A stretch of 63,490 bases of DNA, counting the filler, from Chiloscyllium plagiosum (Eukaryota), in assembly GCF_004010195.1 (NCBI RefSeq). It is 4 parts of one record of this genome, joined end to end, with 100 filler letters (N's around TTAATTAATTAA, not from the genome) between each part and the next. Parts side by side here need not be neighbours in the genome. Positions count along the whole stretch, not along the records: positions 1 to 25,186 come from NC_057710.1; 3 more parts are not named here. One strand, written 5' to 3'. Below, piece after piece: positions 1 to 13,160 of this stretch. Made by a program: the position numbers and the translations under genes. Within the stretch, counting starts at the first letter, position 1. Each line of letters starts with the position of its first letter. Below the pieces are notes generated by a model. It searched no databases and had not been told where the DNA came from. It saw only the letters and a program-made list of their open reading frames with translations.

Positions 1-283
1 CTCTGACCTATCAGCTTCATTCCCACCCCCATTCACCCATTGTACCCTTTGCTACCTTCCCGCACCCTCCTCCCTGACCTTTCACCTCCATCCCCACCCC
101 CAATCACCTATTGTACTTTATGCTACTTTCTCCCCACCCCAACACTCCTCTCATTTATCTCTCCACTCTGCAGGCACCCTCCCTCTATTCCTGATGAAGG
201 GCTTTTGCCCGAAACCTTGATATTCCTGCTCCTCGGATGCTGCCTGACCTGCTGTGCTTTTCCAGCACCATTCTAATCTAGAC
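1..283 (+). mobile_element. Penelope-like element family B, 3' terminus (pLTR) with degenerate hammerhead motif
   Basis: C-rich tract, then attcCTGATGAagggcttttgcccGAAAccttg (187-219) and the tail ggatgctgcctgacctgctgtgcttttccagca. The same terminus follows PLE coding sequence at 14716-15524. Confidence 0.8.
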
Positions 284-823
284 TCAGGGAGCTTAATATT
301 ACAACTTGTAATTTACAAGTCACTAGACTGCTCAATGCTGTACTGTTTCTCTTAAAGGGACTACTTTACTGGTACAAGGACAGGAGGCACATCCCAGGAA
401 AGTGAAACTAGACATTGATGCTCTGAAGAATGACTGAACATTTATGTCATGCTTTCTCTCAAAGTTCTGGTCACAAAAACTGAAAAAAAGGAATGTAATT
501 CTGTAACAAAGGGCTCCATACGTGTGTTCTCAGACAGTGAGAAGATGTAGTGATGCTCAGGATTATTGCTGCAAAAGAATGGATGCAATACGAAAAGAGA
601 TTTAACATTTTGGCATGAGTTGCGAATGGGAGTTCAACCTTAAATAGCAAATCCCACCTATTGTACCATACCAATGGTTCAATTCATGACACTCCAATCA
701 CTCACTTACTAACAAACTCTATCAGTCGGTATTAACCCTAAAATTCATCTTCTCATGTCGAGCATTTTAAAGAACCTCACATTCAAAACTCAAATGTCAT
801 ATGGAGTCATACATCTCAGAAAC

Positions 824-1496
824 AAAGTTAAAAATCACACAACACCAGGTTATAGTCCAACAGGTTTAATTGGAAGCACTAGCTTTCGGAGCGTCGCTCC
901 TTCATCAGGTTGTTGTGGAGGACACAATTGTAAGACACAGAATTTATAGCAAAAGTTTACAGTGTGATGTAACTGAAATTATACATTGAAAAACACCTTG
1001 ATTGTTTATTAAGTCTCTCATCTGTTCGAATACCATGATAGTTTCACTTCTTTCATATGTAAATCACTAAACTTTTTTTCAAAAGTTACATTCTCAGGTT
1101 AACTGTAACAATTGGTGTCAGACAGATAATATGTTGAAGGTGTTAGCCCCCTGTGTTCCCTCTCTGTGCCATAATGTTTGGACTGATTCTAATCTAAAAA
1201 GTGAGTTAACAGAGTCTTACATGGATTCATGCAGTTTTTGAGAAAAGTACAATGTAACTCTGCAAGTACAAATTCACCTCACAAATGTAGATGTATATGT
1301 GTGTATGTGGGTTTTTGAGTGTGTGCGTGTGTCTGTCTGTCTGTCTGGGGTGGGGGGTTGTGAGTGTGAGAGAGAGTGTATATGTGAGTGTAGAGTGTCT
1401 AAGTCTGTGAGAGTGTGCAAATGTGAGTGTGGGAGTGTGTGTATCTGTAAAGTGTGTGTGTGTGCATACCTGAGAGGGGGGGTTGTGAGTGTCTGT
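824..1496 (-). mobile_element. Penelope-like family A, inverted 3' UTR/pLTR copy
   Basis: Reverse complement of the family A terminus (compare 12180-12466). Hammerhead motif at 877-911 and GT-rich tract; runs into the N gap. Confidence 0.8.
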
Positions 1497-2436
1497 NNNN
1501 NNNNNNNNNNNNNNNNNNNNNNNNNNNNNNNNNNNNNNNNNNNNNNNNNNNNNNNNNNNNNNNNNNNNNNNNNNNNNNNNNNNNNNNNNNNNNNNNNNNN
1601 NNNNNNNNNNNNNNNNNNNNNNNNNNNNNNNNNNNNNNNNNNNNNNNNNNNNNNNNNNNNNNNNNNNNNNNNNNNNNNNNNNNNNNNNNNNNNNNNNNNN
1701 NNNNNNNNNNNNNNNNNNNNNNNNNNNNNNNNNNNNNNNNNNNNNNNNNNNNNNNNNNNNNNNNNNNNNNNNNNNNNNNNNNNNNNNNNNNNNNNNNNNN
1801 NNNNNNNNNNNNNNNNNNNNNNNNNNNNNNNNNNNNNNNNNNNNNNNNNNNNNNNNNNNNNNNNNNNNNNNNNNNNNNNNNNNNNNNNNNNNNNNNNNNN
1901 NNNNNNNNNNNNNNNNNNNNNNNNNNNNNNNNNNNNNNNNNNNNNNNNNNNNNNNNNNNNNNNNNNNNNNNNNNNNNNNNNNNNNNNNNNNNNNNNNNNN
2001 NNNNNNNNNNNNNNNNNNNNNNNNNNNNNNNNNNNNNNNNNNNNNNNNNNNNNNNNNNNNNNNNNNNNNNNNNNNNNNNNNNNNNNNNNNNNNNNNNNNN
2101 NNNNNNNNNNNNNNNNNNNNNNNNNNNNNNNNNNNNNNNNNNNNNNNNNNNNNNNNNNNNNNNNNNNNNNNNNNNNNNNNNNNNNNNNNNNNNNNNNNNN
2201 NNNNNNNNNNNNNNNNNNNNNNNNNNNNNNNNNNNNNNNNNNNNNNNNNNNNNNNNNNNNNNNNNNNNNNNNNNNNNNNNNNNNNNNNNNNNNNNNNNNN
2301 NNNNNNNNNNNNNNNNNNNNNNNNNNNNNNNNNNNNNNNNNNNNNNNNNNNNNNNNNNNNNNNNNNNNNNNNNNNNNNNNNNNNNNNNNNNNNNNNNNNN
2401 NNNNNNNNNNNNNNNNNNNNNNNNNNNNNNNNNNNA

Positions 2437-3234
2437 GGAACGTGACGGACACCTGGAAGTACTCGGGGATGCCCTCACAAGAACGGGGTACAATGCTCAA
2501 CTCATCGACCGCCAGTTCCGACATGCCACAGCAAGGAACCGTAATGACCTCCTCAGGAGACAGACACGTGCTGCAACTGACAGGGTACCCTTTGTTGTTC
2601 AGTATTTCCCAGGAGCTGAAAAACTATGCCATGTTCTTCCTGACCTGCAATACATTATCAATGAAGAGGAGCACCTCGCTCAGACCTTCCCCACACCTCC
2701 ACTATTTGCCTTTAAACAACCGCCAAACCTCAAACAGATCATTGTTCGTTGCAAGCTGCCCGGCTCTCAGGACAACTCCATACAACCCTGTCACAGTAGG
2801 CACTGCAAGACGTGTCAGAGTGTGTCAGAGTGTGCACATAGATACCACCATGACACGTGGGGACACCTCCCACCTTGTGCATGGCAGGTACTCATGTGAC
2901 TCAGCCAACGTTGTCTATCTTATACGTTGCAGGCAAGGATGCCCAGACAAGCACACACACTCCCACACTCACACATGCACCCCCTCACAGACTTAAGACA
3001 CTCTACACTCACTACACACACACACACACACTCTCTCTCACACTCACAATCCCCAACCCAGACAGACACACACACAGGCAGACAAAGACCCACATGCACA
3101 CATATATTTTGTGAGGTGAATTTGTACTTGCAGAGTTACATTGTACTTTGCTCAAAAACTGCATGAATTCATGTAAAATTCTGATATCTCACTTTTTAGA
3201 TTAGAGTCCAACACCAGCATCTCCAAATCATCAT
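2437..3234 (+). mobile_element. Penelope-like family A, C-terminal coding part (RT thumb to GIY-YIG endonuclease start) plus deleted 3' end
   Basis: Translation ...RVPFVVQYFPGAEKL...CHSRHCKTCQ...YSCDSANVVYLIRCRQGCP. Together with 824-1496 it is flanked by a short agaaaca duplication (818-824, 3235-3241) inside a CR1 3' end. Confidence 0.85.
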
Positions 3235-3371
3235 AGAAACACATCATTCGCCCCAAACTGTCCATGCTGACCAGGTTTCCTAAACTGAACTAGAATCATT
3301 TGCCCATGTTTGGCCCATATCCCTCTAAATCTTTCCTCTAATTTGGAGAAAACTCGAAACTCATTTTAAGG

Positions 3372-3665
3372 AGAGGTGATGGCCTAGTGGCATTACCACT
3401 AGATTGTTAATCTAGAGATGGCAGATTTAAATCCTGACATGGCGAGTTGTGGAATTTGAATTCAATAAAAATCTGGATTTAAGAGTTTGATGATGACCAC
3501 AAATCTGTCTGGATCATTAATGTCTTTTAGGGAAGGAAGCTGCCATCCTTACCTTGTCTGGCCTACATATGACTCCAGACCACAGCAATGTGATTGACTT
3601 TAATTAGTGATGGGCAATAAATTTTAGCCCAGCCAGCAGCACTGTCATCTTGTGAATGGGCAAAT
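3372..3665 (+). mobile_element. tRNA-derived SINE, decayed
   Basis: A-box-like tggcctagtgg, B-box-like gatttaaatcc, and a gggcaataaa...ccagc tail shared with other copies (around 26000-26560 and 60960-61250, minus strand). Confidence 0.55.
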
Positions 3666-5900
3666 AAAATAACTTATTGGCAACTCATTCGACCAAGACA
3701 GTCACATATTGTAGGCCACTCACTGGCACGGTTTTATCTTTCTTGCAGGGGAAGGTGGCACTCAGCGGGAGGCAGTGGAAAGAAGTGGGCCAGAGAGGGA
3801 GCTCCATGATTTTGACCTAACAATAGTGAAGGAATGATATATAGTTCCAAGTCACAATGGTGTATTGTCTGTGGTGCCCTATGCTGTCCCTAAGCATCTA
3901 ATGCCTTTATCCCTCTCAATAATAGAAGACTTGGGTTTGGGAGTTGCTGTGGAAGGAACCTTGGTGAGTTGTTGCAGTGTATCTTGTTTTGTTACACACA
4001 TGAGGAATGGCATTTATTTATGTGATGTACCTGAAGATAGCCCCCGTTCATGAAGATATATTGCTTAACAATAATCCTGGACCTTCAGCAGAAGAAGAGA
4101 GAAATCGCATGTTAAAAAAATAACCCGTCTACTATTTTCCCATTGGTTTACAGACATTGAAGCCTTACTATTACTCTGGCAGTGATACCCAATTCAAAGA
4201 AGATGAGGGAGTAAAGTGGAACATTGTAGTCAGTTTGGATAATATCAATTCATGCAGTTCCCTTATGTATTACGCTACTGAAAGTGCCAAAGAATGCTGT
4301 TTTATTGCCTTTGGTCCATTTCAGGCAATTGTGAGGACTTATCTAGTATCCATGTTATGTCCTGTCTCCCAGGCAGACAATGCTGTTGCAAGTGAGTTAG
4401 TTCTGATATCTGATCCTCTCAATCAGCTCAACAGCAATAGCAGGTCAAACATGACCTCTACTAACTAGGCTTTTAAAATATCTTCAGACAAAGTTATCAT
4501 ACTTATGGCCTCTCAGATATCTTTCAGTGAGTGAAATGGTTCTGCTATGGTTATGATAATACTGTTTTGAAGGCAATACATTAAAAAAGATGAGAAAATT
4601 TACCATGTCAGTGTTTGTAACATAAGTCATGAGGAGGCACAGAGAACAAAGATGCTAAAAAAAGATAACCAACAACTAGCTGGAGATTTTCTCCTGAAAT
4701 TTCTAACTATCTGATGGGTGGGTTTTGTCTTTTACTGACTGCAAGGAAAGAATGGTCAAAAGAATTATATTACAGAAACAAAACTGGATTCCTTTCATTG
4801 AACTGAAGTTTTGAGAACTGAGAAGTTTCTGTAAGATGCACAGCAATTCTCAACTATCAGACAGACAGACATATTATACACCCCCACCCCCTCCTTCACA
4901 GTTTTCTTTCTGTGTTTTGCTCAAGCTGTGTTAATGATCAGGTCATAAAAACAAAAACCTAGGGCAGATTTTCACTTTCAAGGCAGATTGTATCATACCA
5001 TTTGGGATAATGGTGGAAAATGAATGAGCCTCCCTTATCAGGCCTAATGGGCCATCCACACGAGAGGAATCTTTACATTAGTCCCATACTCTGCATTCCT
5101 GTTACTCTTTCCACACTTTTTTGCATTAAACTCCACTTGCCACCTCTCAGCCCAGCTCTGTAGCTTATCTATGTCCCTCTGTAACCTACAACATGCTTTG
5201 CACTATCAACAACTCTACCAATCTTAGTATCATCCGCAAATTTACCAACCCATCCTTCTATGCCCTCATCTGGGCAAAACATATCCTAGCAGTATACCAC
5301 CAGTAACTGAACTCCAGGATGAACATTTCCTATCAACCACCACCTTTTGTCTTCTTTCAGCTAGTCAATTTCTGATCCAAGTTGTTAAATCACCCTCAAT
5401 CCCATGCCTCCGTATTTTGTGCAGTAGCCTACAATGGGGAACCTTATCAAACACCTTACTGAAATCCAAATACACCACATCAATCCCTTTACCCTCATCC
5501 ACCTGTTTGGTCACCTTCTCAAGGAACTCAATAAGGTTTGTGAGGCATGACCAACCCTTCATAAAACCGTGTTGATTATCCATAATCAACTTATTATTTT
5601 CTAGGTGATTTAAAATCCTACCTCTTAAAACCCTTTCAACACTTTACCGACAACTGAAGTAAGGCTCACTGGTCTATAATTGCCAGGGTTGTCTCTAGTC
5701 CCCTTCTTGAACAAGGGGACAACATGCTCTCCTCCAGTCTTCTTCCACTATTCCTGCAGACAATTATAACATAAAGATCAAAGCCAAAGGTTCTGCAATC
5801 TCCTCCCTGGCTTCCCAGAGAATCCTCGGATAAATCCCATCCAGCCCATTTTCAGACTTTCCAGAATTGCTAATACCTCCTCCTTGTGAACCTCAATCCT

Positions 5901-5993
5901 TCTTTCCTGAAGAAGGGCTTATGCCCGAAACGTCGATTCTCCTGTTCCTTGGATGCTGCCTGACCTGCTGCGCTTTTCCAGCAACACATTTTC
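5901..5993 (+). mobile_element. 93 bp PLE family B terminal fragment with intact hammerhead core
   Basis: CTGAAGAagggcttatgcccGAAACGTC; flanked by 11 bp TSD acctcaatcct (5890-5900, 5994-6004). Confidence 0.85.
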
Positions 5994-7364
5994 ACCTCAA
6001 TCCTGTCTAGTCTAGTAACCTGTATCTCAGTATTCTCCTTGACAAGATTGTCATTTTCCAGTGTGAATACTGATGAAAAATATTAATTTAGCACTTCCCC
6101 TATCTCCTCTGACTCCACAAAGAACTCTCCACTATTATACTTGAATAGCCCTAATCTTACTCTAGTCATTCTTTTATTCCTGATATGCCTTCAGGTTTTC
6201 CTTGTTCTTATCTGCCAATGACTTCTCATGTCCCCTCCTGGCCCTTCTTACCTCTCTCTTTAGGTCTTTTCTGGCTACCTTGTAACTTTCAAGTGCCCTA
6301 ACTGAGCCTTCACATCTCATCCTAACATAAGCTTTCCTCTTCCATTTAATAAGAGATTCAACTTCCTTAGTAAACCATGGCTCCCATGCATGACAACTTC
6401 CTCCCTGCCTGACAGGTCCATACTTATCAAGGACACTGAGTAGCTGATACTTGAATAAGCTCCACATTTCAATTGCGCCCATTCCCTACAGTTTCCTTCC
6501 CCACCCTAAATCTTGCCTAATCTCATTGTAATTGCCTTTCCCCCAATGATAACTATTACCCTGTGGTATATACCTATCCCTTTCCATCACTGTAGTAAAC
6601 AGAACTGAGTTGTGGTCGCTTTCACCAAAGGGCTCAACTACCTCCAAATCTAACACCTGGCCGGGTTCATTACCCAATATCAAATCTAATGCAGTATCGC
6701 TCTTTGTTGGTCTGTCTACATACTGTGTAGGAAACCTTCCTGCACACATTGGAAAAAAACTGACCTATCTAAAGTCCTTAATCTGTAGTATTCTCAGTCA
6801 ATATTTGGATAGTTAAAGCCCCCATAACAACTACCCTGTCATTCTCACTCTTATTAAGAATCATCTTTGTGATCCTTTCCTCCACATCTCTGGAACTATT
6901 CAGAGGCCTGTGGAAAACTTCCAACAGGATGACCTCGCCTTTCCTGTTTCTAACCTCAGCTCATACTACCTCTGTAGACGAGTCCTCAAACATCCTTTAT
7001 GCATTTGTAATATTGTCCCTGATTAACAATGCCATCCCCCCAACCCCTACCTTTTACCACTTCCCAGTTCTTACTGAAACATCTAAATTCAACCTGCAGC
7101 AACCATTCCTGTCTCTGCTCTACCCATGTCTCTGAAATGGCCACAACATCAAAATCCCATGCTTCAAGTTCACCCACCTTATTTCGGATGCTCCTGGCGT
7201 TGAAGTAGACACAATTCAAAACCAACTTCTTGCTTGCCAGTCCCCTCTTGCTACCTTGAAACCTTATTTCGGACCTCACTACTCTCAATCTCCTATATAC
7301 TCGAACTACAGTTTAGGTTCCCATCCCTCTGCTGAATTAGTTTAAACTCACCTGAATAGCATTA

Positions 7365-8352
7365 GGAGAACCTCGATTATCTGAACGTGATGGGTGGGCA
7401 CTATTTTGTTCGGATAATCGATTATTCGGATAATCAATTAAATGCCTTTCCTCTGGGACTCAGAGTTTTTAAAGTCAGCTCCCGTTCAGGAGACTGCAGC
7501 AGCAGAAAACGTGTAAGATCACCCCCCATCCCCAACACCACCCCCCCACCCAACCCATGCAACACTACCCCCACCCCCAATACCACCCCCNNNNNNNNNN
7601 NNNNNNNNNNNNNNNNNNNNNNNNNNNNNNNNNNNNNNNNNNNNNNNNNNNNNNNNNNNNNNNNNNNNNNNNNNNNNNNNNNNNNNNNNNNNNNNNNNNN
7701 NNNNNNNNNNNNNNNNNNNNNNNNNNNNNNNNNNNNNNNNNNNNNNNNNNNNNNNNNNNNNNNNNNNNNNNNNNNNNNNNNNNNNNNNNNNNNNNNNNNN
7801 NNNNNNNNNNNNNNNNNNNNNNNNNNNNNNNNNNNNNNNNNNNNNNNNNNNNNNNNNACCCTACCCCCAACCTCATTCAACACCACCCCTCCCCCCCCAC
7901 CCGTCCCCAACTCCATACATACCCGCTCCCTCTCTGGGGCAGCTGGGCTGGATCCCAACAACAGGACTGCTGCAGTTGCCTTTGTGAGGTAAGTCTCCCA
8001 ATAGCACTCTCTCTCACACACACACGAAGTCACAACCACACACACAACTGATTACTGCAACTTTTTGACAGGTTCCACCTCTGCCCTGTACAGGACAATG
8101 TTGGAGAGATTACCTGGGGAAGGGGGGTTTAGGGTACACCCCTCTGTAGAACTCCAGGGAATGTGTGGGGGGAGAGAGATGGCAGGAGGTTAGTCATTTG
8201 GAGACGGTGCCTGTTTAATCACTGTAAACAAAAGATGCAATCACTGTTGGAAACACATCTTTGATGTAATGTATCCGTTGGGACCTCGAGATCTCTTTCG
8301 GATAATCCAATTTTCGGATAATTGGTATTCGGATAATCGAGGTTCCTCTGTA
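7365..8352. mobile_element. pogo/Tigger-like non-autonomous DNA transposon (MITE), copy 1
   Basis: Inverted termini gaacctcgattatctgaa ... ttcggataatcgaggttcctctg-TA with repeated cggataatc subterminal motifs. Internal sequence matches 30695-31570. Confidence 0.75.
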
Positions 8353-9879
8353 TCCCCCCCAGGGTATTGGTACTCCTCTCGTTCAGGTGAAGACTATCCT
8401 GTTTGTAGAGGTCTCACTTAACCCAGAAACAGCCCAATTATCCAGGATCCCTACATCTATAAATTGTGCAAATCATCTGTGAAGCAAGGTTTTCTTGGCA
8501 TTTCTGAATTGGAATGGAAATCCACTGCTTTTCCATCAAACATTTGCTATCTGGAACACATGCTCATATTTTACCTTGTGGCCCTACCCCTGGATGTTAA
8601 GCAGGGGTGCACCATATGAAGATCCAATTGCTTCTCATTAGAGGTGGATTGCAGGTTCTCCCTCATTGCAGTAATCTGTTGGTCTGGAAAGCAGATATCT
8701 GTTTGCAAGAACACAAACATTTAGGCCTTTAGACATTTCCATTCACTCAATTACCTTCTGCATGCTTCCCTTTGGCCTAAAGTTGAACACCATGTTTCTA
8801 GTCTCATCATACTGATCGCTCATCACTCCCATTACTCCATCAACAATGTCCTACTCTCCAGCCAGGTTGAGAGCTTCTCCTTCACTGCCTACAAGGATCT
8901 TCAGGTCTAAAAACCTCAATCTGCCAAATCTTCACCTTTCCCTGGCACTGATAACCCTTCTTTTTCTGCAGGCAGAAAAGGAGAGTGAGTGTCCAGGTAA
9001 TGATTAATTACCCACTCCTCTGTCTGGCATCCCTCAGGTCTCCAATGGGTCTTCCTGAATGTCTTGATCATAAGTCCACTCTCATCAGACCTAGTTGACA
9101 CTGGCACTGAGAGGCATATATTTGTCACCCACATGCAGCCACTCTTAGCGAGGCAGCTACTCCTGACATGTGATTTTTTTTTACCCACTAGGCTGATCTT
9201 TTCCATCTTGAGAGCCATCCTGTGTTGCCCACCTTGTGGCCACAGTGTGTTCACCATTCAGCCTCTCCTTGGCAGCACAGAGGAGGTCATCCACTGTGCT
9301 CTGGTATCAAACCCAGATGTACTGATGGAGAGCACAGCTGCTAACTTCCAAAAATCTTGCCTTCCAGGCTTCCTTGGTCATGTATGACATCTCTTCTTTC
9401 CATTCATTGGGAACAATTCCCAGTACAGCTGGAGGAAAATCTGCAGAGAGGTACCCTAACAATTAGGCCATTGCTAACAATTCAAATAAAACTGGAAAAA
9501 GTTGAGAAATTGTGAGAAGGATACTAAAGAGAGGGCACAATTAGGTTAAATGGTGGACAAACACTTTGCAGGTGAAATTTAAAGTAGAAAAATGTGTGTT
9601 GTCCACTCGAACAGGACGAGTAAAACTATTTGAATTAATAAACACTGAAACTGTTAGGTTTTTCCTATTTATTGTTGGTGTTGTTGGCTGGCCAGCATTT
9701 ATTGCCTATCCCTTGTTTCCATTGGAATTGACCGGCTTGTTAGGATCATTTAGAAAGGCAGTTAAGAGTCAACCACATTGCTCTGAGTCTGAAGTCACAT
9801 GTAAGCTAGACTAGGTAAGCATGACAGCTTTTCCTCCCAAAGACATTGGTGAACCAGATGTAGTTTTACAATAGTCAGG

Positions 9880-10350
9880 TGACTCAAGAGCACAACCTCA
9901 GAGTGAAGAGGGGATCCTTCAAAACTGAGACGATGAGGAATTTCTTCAGCCAGGAGGTGGTGAATCTGTGGAACTCATTACCACCACAGGTTGTGGAAAC
10001 CAAGGCATTGTATTTAAAACAGAGACAGACAGGCTTTTATTTACTAAGGGGGATTAAAGGTGATGGGGAGGAGGCAGAAGTATTAGGTTGAGAAACATAT
10101 TAATCATGATCAAATGATGAGCAGACTTGATGAGCTGAAAAGCCTAATTCTGTCTCATTATCTTGTAGTCTTATGATCTAAGTATTCAAGGGATGGCTAA
10201 ATATAGCACTTGGGGCAAATGGGACCAATGGTTATCGGGAGAAAAAATGATTACCCTATTGATTTTGACAATCAGCCTTGATCTTAATGAATGGCGAGCA
10301 GGCCTGAAGGGCCGAATGGTCTCCCTCGTTCCTATCTTCTATGTTTCTGT
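9880..10350 (+). mobile_element. Old CR1 3' end fragments
   Basis: FKTETMRNFFSQEVVNLWNSLP plus a typical CR1 3' UTR. Confidence 0.7.
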
Positions 10351-12344
10351 GTAATTTCTGACAACAACAGTTGTGTATGATCTGTTGGAAAGAGTTGGCC
10401 CAATGCCCAAAGTATATTTCTTATTCTAACCTAATCCTTCTTTGTTTTGTTTTTAACCTTTGGTTGTGATTTTACAATTCCCCTCCATTAGTTTAATATC
10501 AATGTAAATATTTTTTGTAGAGTCCATGCAGCAGCCAAAGGTTTTATCTATGCACTCACAGGGCATGGATATTTCTGGCTGGGCCAGTACTCATTGACCA
10601 TCTCTTGTAGGCCTTGAGAAGGTGGTGGTGAGCTCCCTTCTTGTTCCATTTGGTGTAGGTACACCCGCAATGTCACGAGAGAGTGAGCCCTTGGATTTTG
10701 ACCGAGCAGTGCTTATGGTAGATTAGCCGAAGCAGATTACGTTAGTTTCACTTGTATCTAAAATGCAGGCCTATTGCCCTTACTATCAGAAATATTTCAA
10801 TGTAAAGCATGCAATTTGTTGAATATTTGAGCTTCTTTGTAAAAAGAAAATGTGAAATGTTACTGATATCAACATTCATGGCTGTACTCTGGTAACCACA
10901 ACTTATCAACTTAAATCTACTTGTATATTCTCATGTGAGCCTATAGGAACATGATACAGACAAAACCAAAGCATTGAAGGTTTTATCGAATTTGTTCAAG
11001 ATTCAATTTATCCCAGCCTTTGTCAACAATATTACATCTTTGACTCAAGATACTTGGTTGCTATGCTATGACTATGTACTCAATAGAGTCCACTCACTGA
11101 TACTTCAGGATCCGTTTTGACGAGGCTGCTTCCATTTAGCTGAAGGTCACCAACTGAGTTCACTGTATGGCTAAGGGAAGTGGTGAGGAGCCTGATCCAT
11201 GTTCATACTGTCTGTGATCTACTTCAACTTTTGGAACAGTTGATGCACATAAAAGATGATCCCAGAAAAGAATAGGAGCAAGTTATGCTTGAAATAGGAG
11301 ATGGAATTGGACTCAAAAACAAAAATAAAAATGCATGATACTCCTCCTAGACTCTTCACAAAAATAATTTTCAATTTCTCTTGAAATTTATTTGAGTGGT
11401 CTGCCCAGGGTGTAGCATATCTTTTAGTTCAAAAATGCATCAGCATCACATTCACATCAGAAGCTTTCATTTGCATAAGCTAATGTGTCTGCGTGTTTCT
11501 AGCAAGTGCCACCTACTTCAAATTCCACTCAAAAAGATATATTGGAGAACAAAGATAAGAACAAGTTGCTAAATGTTATGCTGCTACTATTATGGCACTA
11601 TCTTCAGAATCTGCCTCATAAGGTGGGTGAAATTTAACCTCAAAATCTATCATGCTATTCCTTGCAATAGCAGGCAGTATGTTGCAATTTACCCCAGGCA
11701 GCAGTGCTGTCCAAAACTCCACAGTGCTTTGGAGGCCAATTTTATAGCAATTTATTTTGCCAATGAATATAGAAAACTACAAAATTGATGAGAATGTTTA
11801 CCCCTTAAACTACTGTGAAGTGACTATTAATACAGAACCTTAAAAATCAAACAACGTGATATCTCGAGTCACATGCACTCACACTCACACACTCATTTTC
11901 TCTCTGTCTCTCTCTCTCTCATGTACATGCACACTCATATAGGTTGATGGGGTGAATTTGCATTTGCAGAATTATATTTGTAGATACATTCAATTTTGCT
12001 CAAAAAAATGCACAATCTGCAGGCAGTCAATCCATGTAAAATTTTGTAAATTCCACTTTGGAAATAGAACGAGTCTGACTCAAGATAGGGATATAGACAG
12101 ATTAACCTACACCTTTAATGCATTAGCTGAGCTGAGATGTCACCTTTTGTTATAAAACCTTAAGTTATCTCAAGAAGGGGACTTAAAAGAAGTTCTGGGG
12201 TTTACATATTAATAAACTGAAACCTCATTCTAAAAGATGAAAGACTTAACAAAAATGCAGATTTGTTCAATATATCATTTCAGTTGCGTGACGCTGTAAT
12301 CTTTTCCTCAAAATTCTGCGTCTTATGGTCTTGTACTCCACAAC

Positions 12345-12379
12345 CACCTGATGAAGGAGCAGTGCTCCGAAAGCTAGTG
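12345..12379 (+). ncRNA. Minimal type I hammerhead ribozyme (PLE family A)
   Basis: cac-CTGATGA-a-ggagc-agt-gctcc-GAA-AGCT-A-gtg: core consensus, stem II, palindromic stem III, stem I cac/gtg. Confidence 0.75.
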
Positions 12380-12899
12380 TTTCCAAATAAACCTGTTGGA
12401 TTATAACCTGGTGTTTTGTGATTTTTAACTTTGTCCACCCCAGTTCAACACCAGCACCTCCACATCATGGCTACCATTGACACCACTAACTGCCATCTTA
12501 AAGTGGAGAGGATCTTCAAGAAGTTCACACAGATTGACACAAACATGAAGTTTCTACAGAAATGCAAGAAAGCAGGAAAGATCCCAAAAGGATTACGGAT
12601 CACGAACACACTCAAGTCAACCAACAACACAGACTATGCTGAGAGACTTTGCCACTACACCTCTTGCAAGCTCTTCAATCATCCTGCGCACCAACTCTAC
12701 AGCAGGAGCCATAACCTTGAAATCAAGATAGAGCCCACATTCTCAACTTGTGCTTAAGATACAGCAGTACAGTTACGCGACACTGCCAAGCAGATAACGT
12801 GACAGAACAACACCATGTACATGCATACCAAGAACAAGAAACTGGAAAAATTTGACATCACTACCAGCAGTTGCCAAGCCTCCCCTGGCACGACAATAC

Positions 12900-13160
12900 G
12901 GATTTCACCAGTTTCCTTATATCCCATTCCCCCATTATCCCAGTCTCAAGCCTCCAACTTGGCACCTGCCCTGTCCATCAGCTTTCCCATCTATCCACTC
13001 CACCTTCCTCTCTGATCTATCACATTTTCCCTCATCTTCATCTACCTATTGCATTCTCAGCTACCTTCTCCCCAACCCCATAAGCCTCATTCCTGATGAA
13101 GGGCTTATGCCTGAAACGTCGATTCTCCTGCTCCTCGGATGCTGCCTGACCTGCTGTGCA
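12900..13160 (+). mobile_element. PLE family B 3' terminus nested in the family A ORF
   Basis: gatttcaccagtttcct...attcCTGATGAagggcttatgcctGAAACGTC...ctgctgtgc. Confidence 0.75.

Larger units (their letters stand above)
5078..8450 (-). mobile_element. CR1-clade LINE (ORF1 end, APE endonuclease, RT), decayed; interrupted by a PLE mini-insert and a MITE
   Basis: Minus-strand ORFs LNCVYFNARSIRNK...AISETW, QYVDRPT...LDLILGNEPGQV, QHGFMKGWSCLTNLIEF...VYLDFSKVFDKVPH. Confidence 0.9.

Noticed and set aside
1274..2996. Long ORFs of 318-565 aa
   Set aside because: They run through N gaps; the real parts are GT-rich repeat and PLE fragments.
4157..4468. 103 aa ORF downstream of an acceptor-like site
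   Set aside because: No recognisable domain, non-ATG start and no matching exon chain.
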